Origin: Clostridiales bacterium
Lineage (GTDB): Bacteria; Bacillota; Clostridia; Christensenellales; CAG-138
DNA length: 64,000 nt
Direction of reading: 5' to 3'
Assembly: GCA_004556165.1 (NCBI GenBank)
Contig: SFIR01000001.1
Location: 66,336 to 130,335 of the forward strand
The notes beneath the pieces were generated by a model. That model did not search any database and was not told the DNA's origin. It saw nothing but the letters and a program-made list of their open reading frames with translations. The translations under genes and the position numbers were made by a program. How positions within the stretch are numbered: the stretch's first letter is position 1; every line of letters starts with the position of its first letter. Below are positions 25,100 to 34,845 of the stretch, piece by piece.

Positions 25100-25642
25100 A
25101 TGAAAAAAGAATCTCCGCTTTCGCTTCTTTCAAAGAAGATGGAACAAAATAAAATTGTAAAATACTGCGTGTACGGTGCTTTATTCTTATGCGTGATAAT
25201 AATATTTATCAGCAGCCTGTCATCAAAAGCCCCTGCAAAAAGCAACGGGTCTGCGGAAAACGCGCAGCAGAACAGCGCAGCGAAAAGCGATACAGAGAAA
25301 CTCGAAGCAAGGCTCGAAGAGATACTTTCGGGCATGCGCGGAGTGGGAAAGGTCAGGGTGATGGTCGTGTTTGAGGGTACGGAGGAGGTCGTCATCGCAT
25401 CGGATGAAAGCGAAAGCAAGACAGAATCCGGCTCGAGCAAAACCTCACGCCCTGCGACTGTCACAAATTCAGGCTCGGAAGCACCGATAGTTGTGGCCGA
25501 AAAGAATCCGAAGGTCGTTGGCGTCATTGTTGTTGCAGAGGGCGCAGGGGATATCGGGGTCAACTACAATATCGTTTCGGCGGTCAGTACTGTGCTGGGG
25601 ATAAACAAAAACAAGGTGCAGGTCTTTGAAATGAATAATTGA
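25100..25642 (+). CDS. spoIIIAG: stage III sporulation protein AG
   Basis: N-terminal TM segment, then LEARLEEILSGMRGVGKVRVMV...GVIVVAEGAGD, the canonical SpoIIIAG pattern. Confidence 0.9.
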   Translation: MKKESPLSLLSKKMEQNKIVKYCVYGALFLCVIIIFISSLSSKAPAKSNGSAENAQQNSAAKSDTEKLEARLEEILSGMRGVGKVRVMVVFEGTEEVVIASDESESKTESGSSKTSRPATVTNSGSEAPIVVAEKNPKVVGVIVVAEGAGDIGVNYNIVSAVSTVLGINKNKVQVFEMNN

Positions 25643-25674
25643 TCCGAAAGGGATCTTATAGGAGGCAATAATCT

Positions 25675-26211
25675 ATGAAGAAACTCAAAATCAAATTCAC
25701 AAAAAAGGGCATTATCGCATTATCCGTACTTCTGCTACTGCTCGCTGCGGCGATCTATCTCAATATCAGATACAATACAGATGATCCCGGCAATCTGGAT
25801 GTTATGGGCAACGCCGATGAACAGGACGGAGATCTTCAGCCGGTGGATGCTAAAGTCTACAACGATTATTTCGTAGCGTTCAGAAACGAAAGAAACAACA
25901 TACGGGCGCAGGAAATAGAGTACCTTCGCGCGATTATTTCGCAGGGTACGGCGGATGCCGATACCATTGCGGATGCCAACGCAAGGCTCATGGAGCTTGT
26001 GAATAATATGGAGAAGGAATTTACCATTGAAAACAGGATAAAGGCTAAGGGCTTTCTTGATGCTGCCGTGACGTTTCAAAACGGTACAATCAGCGTTATC
26101 ATCGACGGCACATCGCTCACCGATGAAGAGGTAGCAAGAATACTCGATATAGTCAGAAGTGAATCCGATCTAACTGCGGATAAGATAACGATTTCGCTTA
26201 ACCGCGGCTGA
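25675..26211 (+). CDS. spoIIIAH: stage III sporulation protein AH
   Basis: N-terminal TM segment, YF...R.ER...R..E...L pattern, last gene of the operon. Confidence 0.85.
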   Translation: MKKLKIKFTKKGIIALSVLLLLLAAAIYLNIRYNTDDPGNLDVMGNADEQDGDLQPVDAKVYNDYFVAFRNERNNIRAQEIEYLRAIISQGTADADTIADANARLMELVNNMEKEFTIENRIKAKGFLDAAVTFQNGTISVIIDGTSLTDEEVARILDIVRSESDLTADKITISLNRG

Positions 26212-26269
26212 TCACTTCTCCCGAAAACACGGAAATAATAAATATAATCTCAAAAATTTCGAATAACCG

Positions 26270-26298
26270 TTGACAAAACCTCCGACGGGTGTTAGAAT
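26270..26298 (+). promoter_or_regulatory. rplU operon promoter TTGACA-17-TAGAAT
   Basis: -35 at 26270-26275, -10 at 26293-26298. Confidence 0.65.
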
Positions 26299-26304
26299 AA
26301 CTAC

Positions 26305-26385
26305 TTGAGCCGCACCGAAACGGTTTAAAGTGATGCCCGGAATCAGGACATCCACCCTAAGGGCGAGACTGGTAAGAGGAGGAAT
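26305..26385 (+). promoter_or_regulatory. possible L21 ribosomal-protein leader
   Basis: An ~85-nt 5' UTR between the promoter and the rplU RBS, in the position where Firmicutes carry the L21 leader. The structure is not verified. Confidence 0.3.
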
Positions 26386-26392
26386 TCTATAA

Positions 26393-26698
26393 ATGTACGC
26401 AATCATAGTAACCGGCGGTAAGCAGTACAAGGTCGAGGTCGGCACCGAGATCGAGGTCGAGAAGCTCGACAGCGAGATCGGCACCAACGTTGATTTCGAT
26501 GTACTCATGATGGCGGATGGTGATACCGTTAAGATCGGTACCCCCGTTCTTGCAGGCGTCAAGGCTCAGGCAGAAGTTCTTGAGCATGGCAAGGGCAAGA
26601 AGGTAATCGTCTTCAAGTATAAGCCCAAGAAAGATTACCGTAAAAAGCAGGGTCATCGTCAGCCCTATACCAAGGTCAAGATCCTTTCCATCGGCTGA
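26393..26698 (+). CDS. rplU: 50S ribosomal protein L21
   Basis: [17 protein letters not shown]...HRQPYTKV is canonical L21. Confidence 0.97.
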   Translation: MYAIIVTGGKQYKVEVGTEIEVEKLDSEIGTNVDFDVLMMADGDTVKIGTPVLAGVKAQAEVLEHGKGKKVIVFKYKPKKDYRKKQGHRQPYTKVKILSIG

Positions 26699-26709
26699 GG
26701 GAAAATTGT

Positions 26710-27039
26710 ATGACCGTGATAACCGTTCTGAAAAAGCATGGCAGGCTCGTGGGCTTTGAAGCAAAAGGGCATTCGGGCTATGCGGAAGCAGGTGAGGATA
26801 TCGTCTGTGCCGCAGTTTCCGCGGTGATGCAGACTGCGGTGATCGGGATAACCGATCTCGTGAAATGTCCGGCGGCTTTTGAAATGAAGGACGGAGAGCT
26901 CTATCTGATGCTCGATAGATCCGTTGAGGATCCGGAGTGGCAGCAGGCGGAGCTGATACTCGGGACGATGAGATTAGGTCTTCGTTCCATACAGCAAGAA
27001 TATAGTGATTATCTCAAACTGATAGAGAGGGAGGTTTAA
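26710..27039 (+). CDS. prp: ribosomal-processing cysteine protease Prp (YsxB)
   Basis: [20 protein letters not shown], located between rplU and rpmA. Confidence 0.9.
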   Translation: MTVITVLKKHGRLVGFEAKGHSGYAEAGEDIVCAAVSAVMQTAVIGITDLVKCPAAFEMKDGELYLMLDRSVEDPEWQQAELILGTMRLGLRSIQQEYSDYLKLIEREV

Positions 27040-27040
27040 T

Positions 27041-27331
27041 ATGTTCAGGATTAATCTGCAGCTTTTCGCACATAAGAAGGGCGTAGGTAGCTCCCGTAAC
27101 GGTCGTGAAAGCGAGTCCAAGAGGCTCGGACCGAAGCGTGCGGACGGTCAGTTCGTGCTCGCGGGCAATATCCTCGTCAGGCAGCGCGGCACTCATTTCC
27201 ATCCCGGCACCAACGTTGGCATCGGTAAGGATGATACCCTGTTCGCAAAGGTTGACGGCATTCTGCGCTTCGAGACGAAGCACGGCGGCCGCAAGTGCGT
27301 CAGCGTTTACCCCGAGGAAATCGCAGGCTAA
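27041..27331 (+). CDS. rpmA: 50S ribosomal protein L27 with N-terminal pro-peptide
   Basis: The [10 protein letters not shown] extension precedes [20 protein letters not shown]. This is a Prp cleavage-type N-terminal extension. Confidence 0.97.
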   Translation: MFRINLQLFAHKKGVGSSRNGRESESKRLGPKRADGQFVLAGNILVRQRGTHFHPGTNVGIGKDDTLFAKVDGILRFETKHGGRKCVSVYPEEIAG

Positions 27332-27470
27332 GTAAGTCTTAAAGGGGCTTTCATTAGCTCCGCTAAAATACAACCGGGCAGCCTTATATGGGTGCAGGTA
27401 AGGCAGTTTTCATAAGGATTACTGCTTTACGGCATCTCTCCGGTACGGTTGAAAAAATAATGATGATAAC

Positions 27471-27505
27471 GATGTCGGGTCGTGTGCTCGGCATCGTTCT
27501 TTTTA
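27471..27505 (+). terminator. rho-independent terminator after rpmA
   Basis: GATGTCGGG / CTCGGCATC (9 bp including 2 G-U pairs) followed by GTTCTTTTTAT. Confidence 0.5.
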
Positions 27506-27622
27506 TCATAAAGCACTGTAATTGCTGTGGTATTCCCATGAAGCTCATTTATCATTCGGAATTAGCCGCTATACTGCCCGTGAGCGGTAAAAGTGAAAAT
27601 TGCAGCTTTATGCGCCGGCATG

Positions 27623-27651
27623 TTGACGGCAGGAGCTCTTGAAAGTATAAT
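27623..27651 (+). promoter_or_regulatory. strong sigma-A type promoter TTGACG-17-TATAAT
   Basis: -35 at 27623-27628, -10 at 27646-27651. The next CDS starts about 170 nt downstream. Confidence 0.6.
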
Positions 27652-27825
27652 TAGCTCAAGGATAACATGATTATTATTTCTGCTATTATGCCGGAATTCG
27701 GATTCTGCGTGTAATTACCGCTGCTATATTGTTTCGTTTAATTCATACCGTCGCTATTGCAGGGAAGACAGCTTAGCGTAAATGCTCCGGCGGCTTGTTT
27801 GAAAAAAGGTTTAGGAGGAGTTTTG

Positions 27826-28149
27826 ATGTTTGAAATCATTTGTGCAATTATTTGCGGAGCTCTTTCGCTTATTTCTTTGATTATTAGCGTTATGTCATTT
27901 ATGGAAAGAGGATTTCTTTTTAATAATGCTTATATCTGGGCGTCAAAGCAAGAAAGAGAAAGCATGAATAAGAAACCGTATTATCGTCAGTCGGCAATCG
28001 TTTTTGCGTTATTCGCCGCAGTATTTCTTTTTATGGCGCTTGATTGCTATTTTCTGACCGATTGGCTGTGGATACTCAGCGGAACATTTTCCGTTGCAGC
28101 GATTATATACGCAGTTGTTTCTTCGCGGAATGAAACGGATAAAGAATAA
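27826..28149 (+). CDS. small membrane protein (DUF3784-like)
   Basis: The ATG at 27826 follows AGGAGGAG. There are 3 TM segments, and a loop ..FLFNNAYIWASKQERESMNKKPYYRQ.. Confidence 0.55.
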   Translation: MFEIICAIICGALSLISLIISVMSFMERGFLFNNAYIWASKQERESMNKKPYYRQSAIVFALFAAVFLFMALDCYFLTDWLWILSGTFSVAAIIYAVVSSRNETDKE

Positions 28150-28180
28150 ATCGGGATTTGATGCCGGGGGAGGATTTGCT

Positions 28181-28939
28181 ATGTGGTGTTTACCTAATGA
28201 TGACTCAAAAGCGGTTATTACGGCTGCTGAGCAGATACATAGTGGGCATCGTGAGTGCCATTTGCATCTGCCGGAAACAGCGATTGTATTCTTTATGAGT
28301 AAGGGGGCGGATTACCTTGTGGAGCATTATAATGCAAAAGAAATGTCAGAGCCGTTCCCACGATTTCTTAATCGCTGTCCGATATGGGGAATAAATGAAT
28401 TAAGAATATGCTTTTTGGACGGAGGACGTGGTGCGCCTCAAGCAGCAGATACTGTAGAAACCCTTGCTGCTTTGGGGGCTAAAAACATAATTGCAGTCGG
28501 GATGTGCGGAGCCTTTGATGAAAATGTTCATGTTGGAGAGATAATTGCTCCGCGAAAAGCGTTCGTTGAAGAAGGTACATCCCTTCACTACTACGAATCC
28601 ATTGATGCTTCATTCCCGGATGGCGATTTGCTTAATATAGCCGCATCCTTGTTTGAAATCAACACCTATCCTATTGTATCAACTGATGCAGTTTATCGTC
28701 AGACATTCCGTAAAGAACAGCTGTGGCGGGGAAATGGTGCCGTTGGTGTAGACATGGAAACATCTGCTGTTTTTAGTGTTGCACATCATCTCGGATTAAG
28801 GGCAGTAGCACTGCTGATGGTTTCCGATATACACCCCATAAAACAAGACGCACCAAAATGGGAATGGCATATGACAAAAGAAATGAAATATCATCTTGCT
28901 GAACAGGGGCTTTCATTAGCCAAACAACTGATTAAATAA
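28181..28939 (+). CDS. nucleoside phosphorylase family protein (PNP_UDP_1)
   Basis: ..GGRGAPQAADTVETLAALGAKNIIAVGMCGAF.. and ..AVGVDMETSAVFSVA.. The ATG at 28181 follows GGGGGAGGA. Confidence 0.7.
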   Translation: MWCLPNDDSKAVITAAEQIHSGHRECHLHLPETAIVFFMSKGADYLVEHYNAKEMSEPFPRFLNRCPIWGINELRICFLDGGRGAPQAADTVETLAALGAKNIIAVGMCGAFDENVHVGEIIAPRKAFVEEGTSLHYYESIDASFPDGDLLNIAASLFEINTYPIVSTDAVYRQTFRKEQLWRGNGAVGVDMETSAVFSVAHHLGLRAVALLMVSDIHPIKQDAPKWEWHMTKEMKYHLAEQGLSLAKQLIK

Positions 28940-29035
28940 TCACACGCTCTAAGAATGCAGTCTGAATCAGCACAAGAGACAGCCAACCGCTGCACCTCGC
29001 AGCGGTTGGATTTGTATATTCAGATAGCTTCCGGC

Positions 29036-29497
29036 TTATTCCCTGTGTATGTACATACGGCTCATATAATCATCGCCGTCGCACTGCACGGCGCAGTAGT
29101 ATTCCCAGCCGTATCTTTCGTAAAAGCCGGTATGTCCGGTGGCAAGATACAGGGTATGTATGCCTTCTTCCGCCATATCGCTGCAAACGTAATTCAGCAG
29201 CGCACCTGCAATACCCTCCCTGCGGCGGTCGGGTTCGGTAAACACGGCACAAACATTAGGTGTAAGCTCCGTCAGCGGATGAAAATCGTTTTCGATGACA
29301 CCCATTCCGCCGACTATCCTCTCGCCCGTCACGGCAATGTACCAACGGGGGACAACTGCTCCCGGTTTAAGGCTGTCCGTCATGCTTTCATAGTAGGCTT
29401 CATACGGTATGCCCCATTTTTCGTGAAACCATTCCGCGGCAGCGTTTTTGAGCTCGGGTTTTTCATTAAGCTTGATTATCGTATAATCCATTTTCAT
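29036..29497 (-). CDS. GNAT family N-acetyltransferase
   Basis: The acetyl-CoA binding stretch is ..VFTEPDRRREGIAGALLNYVCSDMAEEG.. 153 aa. Confidence 0.85.
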   Translation of the reverse strand: MKMDYTIIKLNEKPELKNAAAEWFHEKWGIPYEAYYESMTDSLKPGAVVPRWYIAVTGERIVGGMGVIENDFHPLTELTPNVCAVFTEPDRRREGIAGALLNYVCSDMAEEGIHTLYLATGHTGFYERYGWEYYCAVQCDGDDYMSRMYIHRE

Positions 29498-29598
29498 AAC
29501 CGTCCATTCAAGCGATATTCCGCATATCAGCTTCTTTTATTATACCGCGTAAAGCCCATCCGCTCAATAGCTTTTTCAGTATATCCGGATAACCGGTT

Positions 29599-29661
29599 GA
29601 TACCGATATGTAACCTGTGGATACCGACAAATGACCCGTGGCCGATATATGCTGATGAAAT
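29599..29661 (+). repeat. 2-3 tandem ~21-bp imperfect direct repeats (GATACCGAnAnATG.ACC.GTG) abutting a -35 box
   Basis: R1 at 29599-29619 is GATACCGATATGTAACCTGTG. R2 at 29620-29640 is GATACCGACAAATGACCCGTG. A partial R3 at 29641-29661 is GCCGATATATGCTGATG. Confidence 0.6.
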
Positions 29662-29662
29662 A

Positions 29663-29691
29663 TTGACATGAAAAACAATACGATATAGAAT
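29663..29691 (+). promoter_or_regulatory. promoter TTGACA-17-TAGAAT for the M16 peptidase gene
   Basis: -35 at 29663-29668, -10 at 29686-29691. Confidence 0.6.
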
Positions 29692-29722
29692 ATGCTAAAT
29701 AATTCCAATGCGAGGTGATAAA

Positions 29723-32605
29723 ATGAAAATAGGCGAATCAATTCATGGCTTTACAGTGAAAAAAGAGAGCTATGTAAAGGAATATGACGGCACTCTCTAT
29801 GAGCTGAAACACATCAAGAGCGGCGCGCAGCTCTTCATAATGCAGCGTGAAGACGAGAATATGACCTTTACCATCGGCTTCAAGACCGTTCCGACGGATG
29901 ATACCGGCGTATTCCATATTCTGGAGCATTCCGTGCTCTGCGGTTCTGCTCGATATAAGGTCAAGGATCCCTTTGTCGAGATGATAAAGACCTCACTTCA
30001 AACCTTCATAAATGCATTTACTTTCCCCGATAAGACGCTGTATCCCGTTTCCAGCCGCAATAAGCAGGATTTTGAGAACCTTATGAGGATATACATGGAC
30101 GCTGTTTTCCATCCTGCGATTTATGAGCAGCCGGAGATATTCATGCAGGAGGGCTGGCATTTCGAGAAGCAGGAGGACGGCAGCTATGTCCGTTCGGGTG
30201 TCGTTCTCAACGAGATGAGAGGCGCCTATTCCTCCGTCAACACGCTGATAGAGAATGAGATGAACAAGCTCCTGTTCCCGGATAACAGCTATCGCTTCGA
30301 GTCCGGCGGACATCCCGACCATGTCGAAGAGCTTACATATGAGCACTTCATCTCCGAGCATAAAAAATACTATCATCCAGGCAACAGTGTGATATTCCTT
30401 GACGGCAATATCGATCATGATGCCGCACTCAAAATACTCGATGAGGAGTTCCTTTCGGCATACGATGTTCAGAATATCTCATTCGATATTCCCATGCAGG
30501 GACCGACGGGGCATAATACGGTGCACAGCGCTTACCCCGTCAGCAAGGATAACGACATAAGCCATGCGACCCATTATGCTTACGGCTATATGATAGGCAG
30601 CTTTGATGAGGTTACGAAGATAACGGCATGCAGCCTGCTTGACAAATATCTTGCAGGAGATCATGATGCGCCTCTAATGAAGGCGATAATCGAAAAAGGG
30701 CTCGGCACGGACGTAGAGGTAAACACCGTGGACGGCATACAGCAGCCGTACACCACGGTATGTATCCGCAATGCCGAAGAGGGTAAAGAACCCGAGATAA
30801 GCTCCGTATGCCGCGAGGTCTTTGAGAGCCTGTCTGAGAACGGTATAGACCGCGAACGCATGAACGGCCTTATCAATAATGCCGAATTCCGTCTGCGTGA
30901 GCAGCAGTTCTGGGGGCTTCCCAAGGGTATATGCATCTTTATAAATATGATGTCCACCCTGAATTTCGGCGGAGATCCCGTTATCGGCCTTGCATACGAA
31001 AAGGCGATAGGCGAGATTCGTTCCAAGCTTGACGAGGGATATTTTGAAAACCTTATTCGTGGGGTGTTCCTTGAGAATAGCAACACCGCCTGCGTTATCA
31101 TGTCCCCGGATACCGAAAAGGCGGAGCGCAGTGCGGAAGCTGAGCGCAAGCGTATTGAGAATTGCATTGCGGCAATGTCCGAGGAAGAGCTCAAGGAGCT
31201 TGACAAAAAATACGAGCGTCTCTGCACATATCAGAAGACGAGCGATACTCCCGAAGGACTTGCGACCCTCCCGAGGCTCGATCTCAAGGATGTGGACCGC
31301 AAGCCAACAAAGATCAATCAGACCGTTAAGGGAAATACCCTGCTAAATGACGTTAAGACGAACGGCATCACCTATGCTTCGCTCTATTTCCCAATCTCCG
31401 ATCTCAAGAGGGAAGAACTCAGCAAGGCGGCACTCATCGGTAATCTCCTTACCAATCTTGCCACTGAATTCCATACAGCTAAGGAGCTGAAGGACGGCAT
31501 TGTTTCCGACCTCGGAAAGCTGAAATGCGAATTTGCCGCATTCCAGAATAAGGACGATGCCGAAAAATGCAAGGCGTTCCTTGTTGTTCGTTCAAGTGCG
31601 CTCGATCAAAAGCGCGGAGCGATGGCGGAATACATAAAAGAGGTGCTGCTGCATACCCGCTTCGATGATACAAACCGTATACATGAGCTCGTCGAGCAGA
31701 TGATTGAAAATCAGAAGCAGGATTTTGTTGCCGCAGGGCATATGCTCGCCATCAATGTCGCCGCTTCGGGCGTTTCTGCAAGCGGAGTAGTTAAAAATGC
31801 TTCAGACGGTATCGGGTTCTATAAGTATCTGCAATCCGTTAAATCCGACATGCCCGAAAGCTTCAGCAGCGATCTTGAAGAGCTTTGTAAAAAGATCTTT
31901 GTCAATAACGGCTTAGTAGTCAGCATTGCAGGCGAGAGCGCGGAAGCATTCGCGGACGAACTGCATGGGCTCTTCCCCTGCGGAAACGATAAGCCCGAGT
32001 TCGGAATATTTGCTCCGGACGGCATCGGAAGGCGCTGCATAGGCATCTCTGCGGATGTTGCTTATGCTGTTAAGGCTGTCAATATGACCGAAATAGGGCA
32101 TAAACCCGACGGAAGCTATAACGTCCTCGGTCAGCTTCTTTCTCTTGATTACCTCTGGCAAAAGGTCAGGGTACAGGGAGGAGCGTACGGAACGGGCATT
32201 GCATACGACAAATCCACCAACGGAGTTTTCTTCTATTCCTACCGCGACCCGAAGCCCGCAAATTCGCTCAATGTCTACAATGAGAGCGCAAGCTTTATTC
32301 GTGATTTCGTAAAGCCTGATATGGATCTCAGCGGAATAACCATAGGTGCAATTGCGGAGAGCGATCCGCTGCGCACAGCAGAGCAAGCGTCGATATATGC
32401 CGATAAGCTCTATTTCCTCGGCATAAGCTATAATGATCTCTGCCGCGAACGCGAGCAGATGTGCGAAGTAACGCCGGAGAAGATACTTGCCCTTACGGAT
32501 ATGCTCGATAGGATTGCGGAATGTGAGAATACCTGCACCGTCGGCGGAGAGAAGCTCATCGAAAGCGAGCTTGCAAAGGGCGCTTCCTTCGAAAGGGTTT
32601 CCTGA
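29723..32605 (+). CDS. insulinase family (M16C, PreP-like) zinc metallopeptidase
   Basis: HxxEH motif in FHILEHSVLCGS. About 960 aa. The ATG at 29723 follows GAGGTGA. Confidence 0.9.
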   Translation: MKIGESIHGFTVKKESYVKEYDGTLYELKHIKSGAQLFIMQREDENMTFTIGFKTVPTDDTGVFHILEHSVLCGSARYKVKDPFVEMIKTSLQTFINAFTFPDKTLYPVSSRNKQDFENLMRIYMDAVFHPAIYEQPEIFMQEGWHFEKQEDGSYVRSGVVLNEMRGAYSSVNTLIENEMNKLLFPDNSYRFESGGHPDHVEELTYEHFISEHKKYYHPGNSVIFLDGNIDHDAALKILDEEFLSAYDVQNISFDIPMQGPTGHNTVHSAYPVSKDNDISHATHYAYGYMIGSFDEVTKITACSLLDKYLAGDHDAPLMKAIIEKGLGTDVEVNTVDGIQQPYTTVCIRNAEEGKEPEISSVCREVFESLSENGIDRERMNGLINNAEFRLREQQFWGLPKGICIFINMMSTLNFGGDPVIGLAYEKAIGEIRSKLDEGYFENLIRGVFLENSNTACVIMSPDTEKAERSAEAERKRIENCIAAMSEEELKELDKKYERLCTYQKTSDTPEGLATLPRLDLKDVDRKPTKINQTVKGNTLLNDVKTNGITYASLYFPISDLKREELSKAALIGNLLTNLATEFHTAKELKDGIVSDLGKLKCEFAAFQNKDDAEKCKAFLVVRSSALDQKRGAMAEYIKEVLLHTRFDDTNRIHELVEQMIENQKQDFVAAGHMLAINVAASGVSASGVVKNASDGIGFYKYLQSVKSDMPESFSSDLEELCKKIFVNNGLVVSIAGESAEAFADELHGLFPCGNDKPEFGIFAPDGIGRRCIGISADVAYAVKAVNMTEIGHKPDGSYNVLGQLLSLDYLWQKVRVQGGAYGTGIAYDKSTNGVFFYSYRDPKPANSLNVYNESASFIRDFVKPDMDLSGITIGAIAESDPLRTAEQASIYADKLYFLGISYNDLCREREQMCEVTPEKILALTDMLDRIAECENTCTVGGEKLIESELAKGASFERVS

Positions 32606-32635
32606 CGGACTGAAAAAATCGCTTATAGATATGAC

Positions 32636-32663
32636 AAAACCATCCGATTACGGGTGGTTTTTC
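32636..32663 (+). terminator. rho-independent terminator after the peptidase gene
   Basis: AACCATCCG-ATTA-CGGGTGGTT followed by TTT. Confidence 0.65.
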
Positions 32664-32788
32664 TGCGCTGTGAAAAAAGAATCATTATTTGATTTTTGGC
32701 GTGATGCTGTCCGGCGTATACGCACTGCTGAAAAGCCTGCATTGTAGCGGATATATAAGTAACAGGTGAGCGCGAACCGCCGGGCAGA

Positions 32789-33532
32789 CTACTCTTTATT
32801 TATAGTAAGCTGTACCCATGCAGGGCTGAAGCCGCTCCGAAGCGCATTCTTAGCCGATTTGATATTTGCCCATGCACAGCAATAGAATGGTATTTTTCCT
32901 CGGTTCATTGTCTCGCGGGCGAGAAGATTTGTAATTGCCGATGCAATGCCCTGACGCCTGTATTCGGGCAGCACGTCAATGCCGATCTGCCACATGGCAT
33001 CACAGTCTGCAGAACAGCCTGCAAGCGCGATAAGTTTACCGTTATCATATGCGCCGACTGCAAGCATATCAAGCTGCCTGCGATTTTTACATAGGGCATG
33101 GCTCCATTCCGGAAGGTAGAGACTTTCAAAATCAGTAGGAGTCAAAAGCTTTGTTTCATATTTGCAGCTCAAAACGGGAAAGCTATCAACGACGGGCAAA
33201 AAGTATTCGGACATGTAGCATCTATTTGCTCCGAAAGGCTTTAATGCTGCCATAAGCTCATCAAGAGCAGGCGGAGCAAAGCATTGCTCGATCGGGTATT
33301 TGCCGATGTATTCCGAAACGATATCAAAAACCTCAGCCGAAACGGAAGCCACGATATTGCTGCCGTATGATGTCAGGTCGCATAGAAACGGAAGCTCAAG
33401 GTACTTCCTTGCTCCGTCATTCGGCTTTGAGATAACGACTATATTGGTGACGGAATTGAAATCAGCCGCAGAACAATTGCTGTCAACTGCCGACTGCTCA
33501 AGTGCTGCCGTAAGAATCTCCTCGCTGCGCAT
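32789..33532 (-). CDS. GNAT family N-acetyltransferase (two-domain, 247 aa)
   Basis: ..IGIDVLPEYRRQGIASAITNLLARETMNRGKIPFY...N..S...A...GF is a GNAT pattern. Confidence 0.8.
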   Translation of the reverse strand: MRSEEILTAALEQSAVDSNCSAADFNSVTNIVVISKPNDGARKYLELPFLCDLTSYGSNIVASVSAEVFDIVSEYIGKYPIEQCFAPPALDELMAALKPFGANRCYMSEYFLPVVDSFPVLSCKYETKLLTPTDFESLYLPEWSHALCKNRRQLDMLAVGAYDNGKLIALAGCSADCDAMWQIGIDVLPEYRRQGIASAITNLLARETMNRGKIPFYCCAWANIKSAKNALRSGFSPAWVQLTINKE

Positions 33533-33700
33533 AGCTTCCTCCGATTATTGCATACGCGAATTCTATCATACTTCGATATTTTATTCAAGAATGATGCAAA
33601 ATGGCAGTAAGGACGATTACTTATTTTTAACTAAATACAGAAAAGGGAGGAATATTATTTTTTGTGAGTAAAATGTGGCAAAATAACAGCAAAATAATGG

Positions 33701-33757
33701 TTGACAAATCTCGTTAAAACTGCTAAAATATTAAGCAGATGAATGGAAACGATTCCA
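33701..33757 (+). promoter_or_regulatory. promoter TTGACA-17-TAAAAT followed by a LacI/CcpA-type operator TGGAAACGATTCCA
   Basis: -35 at 33701-33706, -10 at 33724-33729. The 14-bp imperfect palindrome at 33744-33757 fits TGnAAnCGnTnnCA. Confidence 0.55.
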
Positions 33758-33789
33758 AATTATATTATACTCGCCGAGCGGAGGCAAAA

Positions 33790-34797
33790 ATGACTATTAA
33801 GGATATTGCGAAGCTCAGCGGTGTAGGCGTCAGTACGGTATCAAGGGTGCTGAACAACAATCCTGCCGTCAGCGCAGCGAGCCGTAAAAGGGTGCTCGAT
33901 GTAATTAAAAAGTATAATTATATTCCCAATAATTCCGCTCGCGATCTTGTAAGAGTAAAGATTGATGCGGTAGGGCTCGTTGTAAGGGGTATCCAGAATC
34001 CGTTTTTTACCGGTATTATTCGTGCTATCGAGCGCGATTTGGACGCATCGGGCTACGCTATGGTAATGCGTCAGATCGATTCAAATGCGGACGAGATAAA
34101 GACCGGCGCCTTGATGGAACGTGAAAAGCGGCTCAGAGGGCTGATTTTCCTCGGAGGCCGCTCTGATTATACAAAGGAAGAGATTGCGCTTATCGGCGTT
34201 CCGTTTGTCTGCTGTACTTACACGAATGTATTCGGCTCCCTCGATGAAAGTGACTATTCATCCGTTTCGATTTTGGATGAGTTTGAAGCGCATAAGGCTG
34301 TCGAATACCTTATAAGGCATGGGCATAGAAGGATTGCGGCGCTGACAGCCGGCGTGGATGATTCCTCGGTATCGCAGCTTCGCAGCACCGGATATGCGAA
34401 TGCTCTTTCCGAATTCGGCATAGAGGGCTTGGATATAATCTGTGCGGATGATTACAGCGTAGAGAATGGGTATCATGCAATGAAAGAGAGGCTGAAAGAG
34501 CCTTTCGACTGCACTGCGCTTTTTGTAATTGCCGATGATATGGCGCTCGGAGCTATGAGGGCGCTGCGCGAAAGCGGGCGCAGAATCCCGGAGGATTGCT
34601 CCGTTATAGCCATCGACGGAATTCCGTTTACCGAATATATTGAGCCGATGCTGACGACCTTGTGCCAGCCCGTGGACGAGCTTGGCTCGCGAAGCGTTCG
34701 GATACTGCTTGACCTGATAAACGGAGGAGAGCAGCAGCATGTTACGCTAAACACAAAACTGCGCATCGGCGGATCGGTACGCAGCATCAATGAATGA
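33790..34797 (+). CDS. LacI family transcriptional regulator
   Basis: HTH MTIKDIAKLSGVGVSTVSRVLNN plus a periplasmic-binding-like sugar domain. GGAGG RBS. Confidence 0.92.
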   Translation: MTIKDIAKLSGVGVSTVSRVLNNNPAVSAASRKRVLDVIKKYNYIPNNSARDLVRVKIDAVGLVVRGIQNPFFTGIIRAIERDLDASGYAMVMRQIDSNADEIKTGALMEREKRLRGLIFLGGRSDYTKEEIALIGVPFVCCTYTNVFGSLDESDYSSVSILDEFEAHKAVEYLIRHGHRRIAALTAGVDDSSVSQLRSTGYANALSEFGIEGLDIICADDYSVENGYHAMKERLKEPFDCTALFVIADDMALGAMRALRESGRRIPEDCSVIAIDGIPFTEYIEPMLTTLCQPVDELGSRSVRILLDLINGGEQQHVTLNTKLRIGGSVRSINE

Positions 34798-34845
34798 TTT
34801 TCCCGCGTTATGCGTGAAAATAAATAAAAATAAGGAGATATAACA

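Noticed and set aside
27388-27642. 84-aa ORF after rpmA as a gene (the position where obg often lies)
   Set aside because: It has no RBS and no GTPase motifs. It spans the rpmA terminator and ends just before the -10 box of the downstream promoter.
28955-29671. 238-aa plus-strand ORF
   Set aside because: It is antisense to the GNAT acetyltransferase gene (29036..29497, minus strand), which has a clear acetyl-CoA binding motif. The plus-frame product is Arg/His-rich nonsense.
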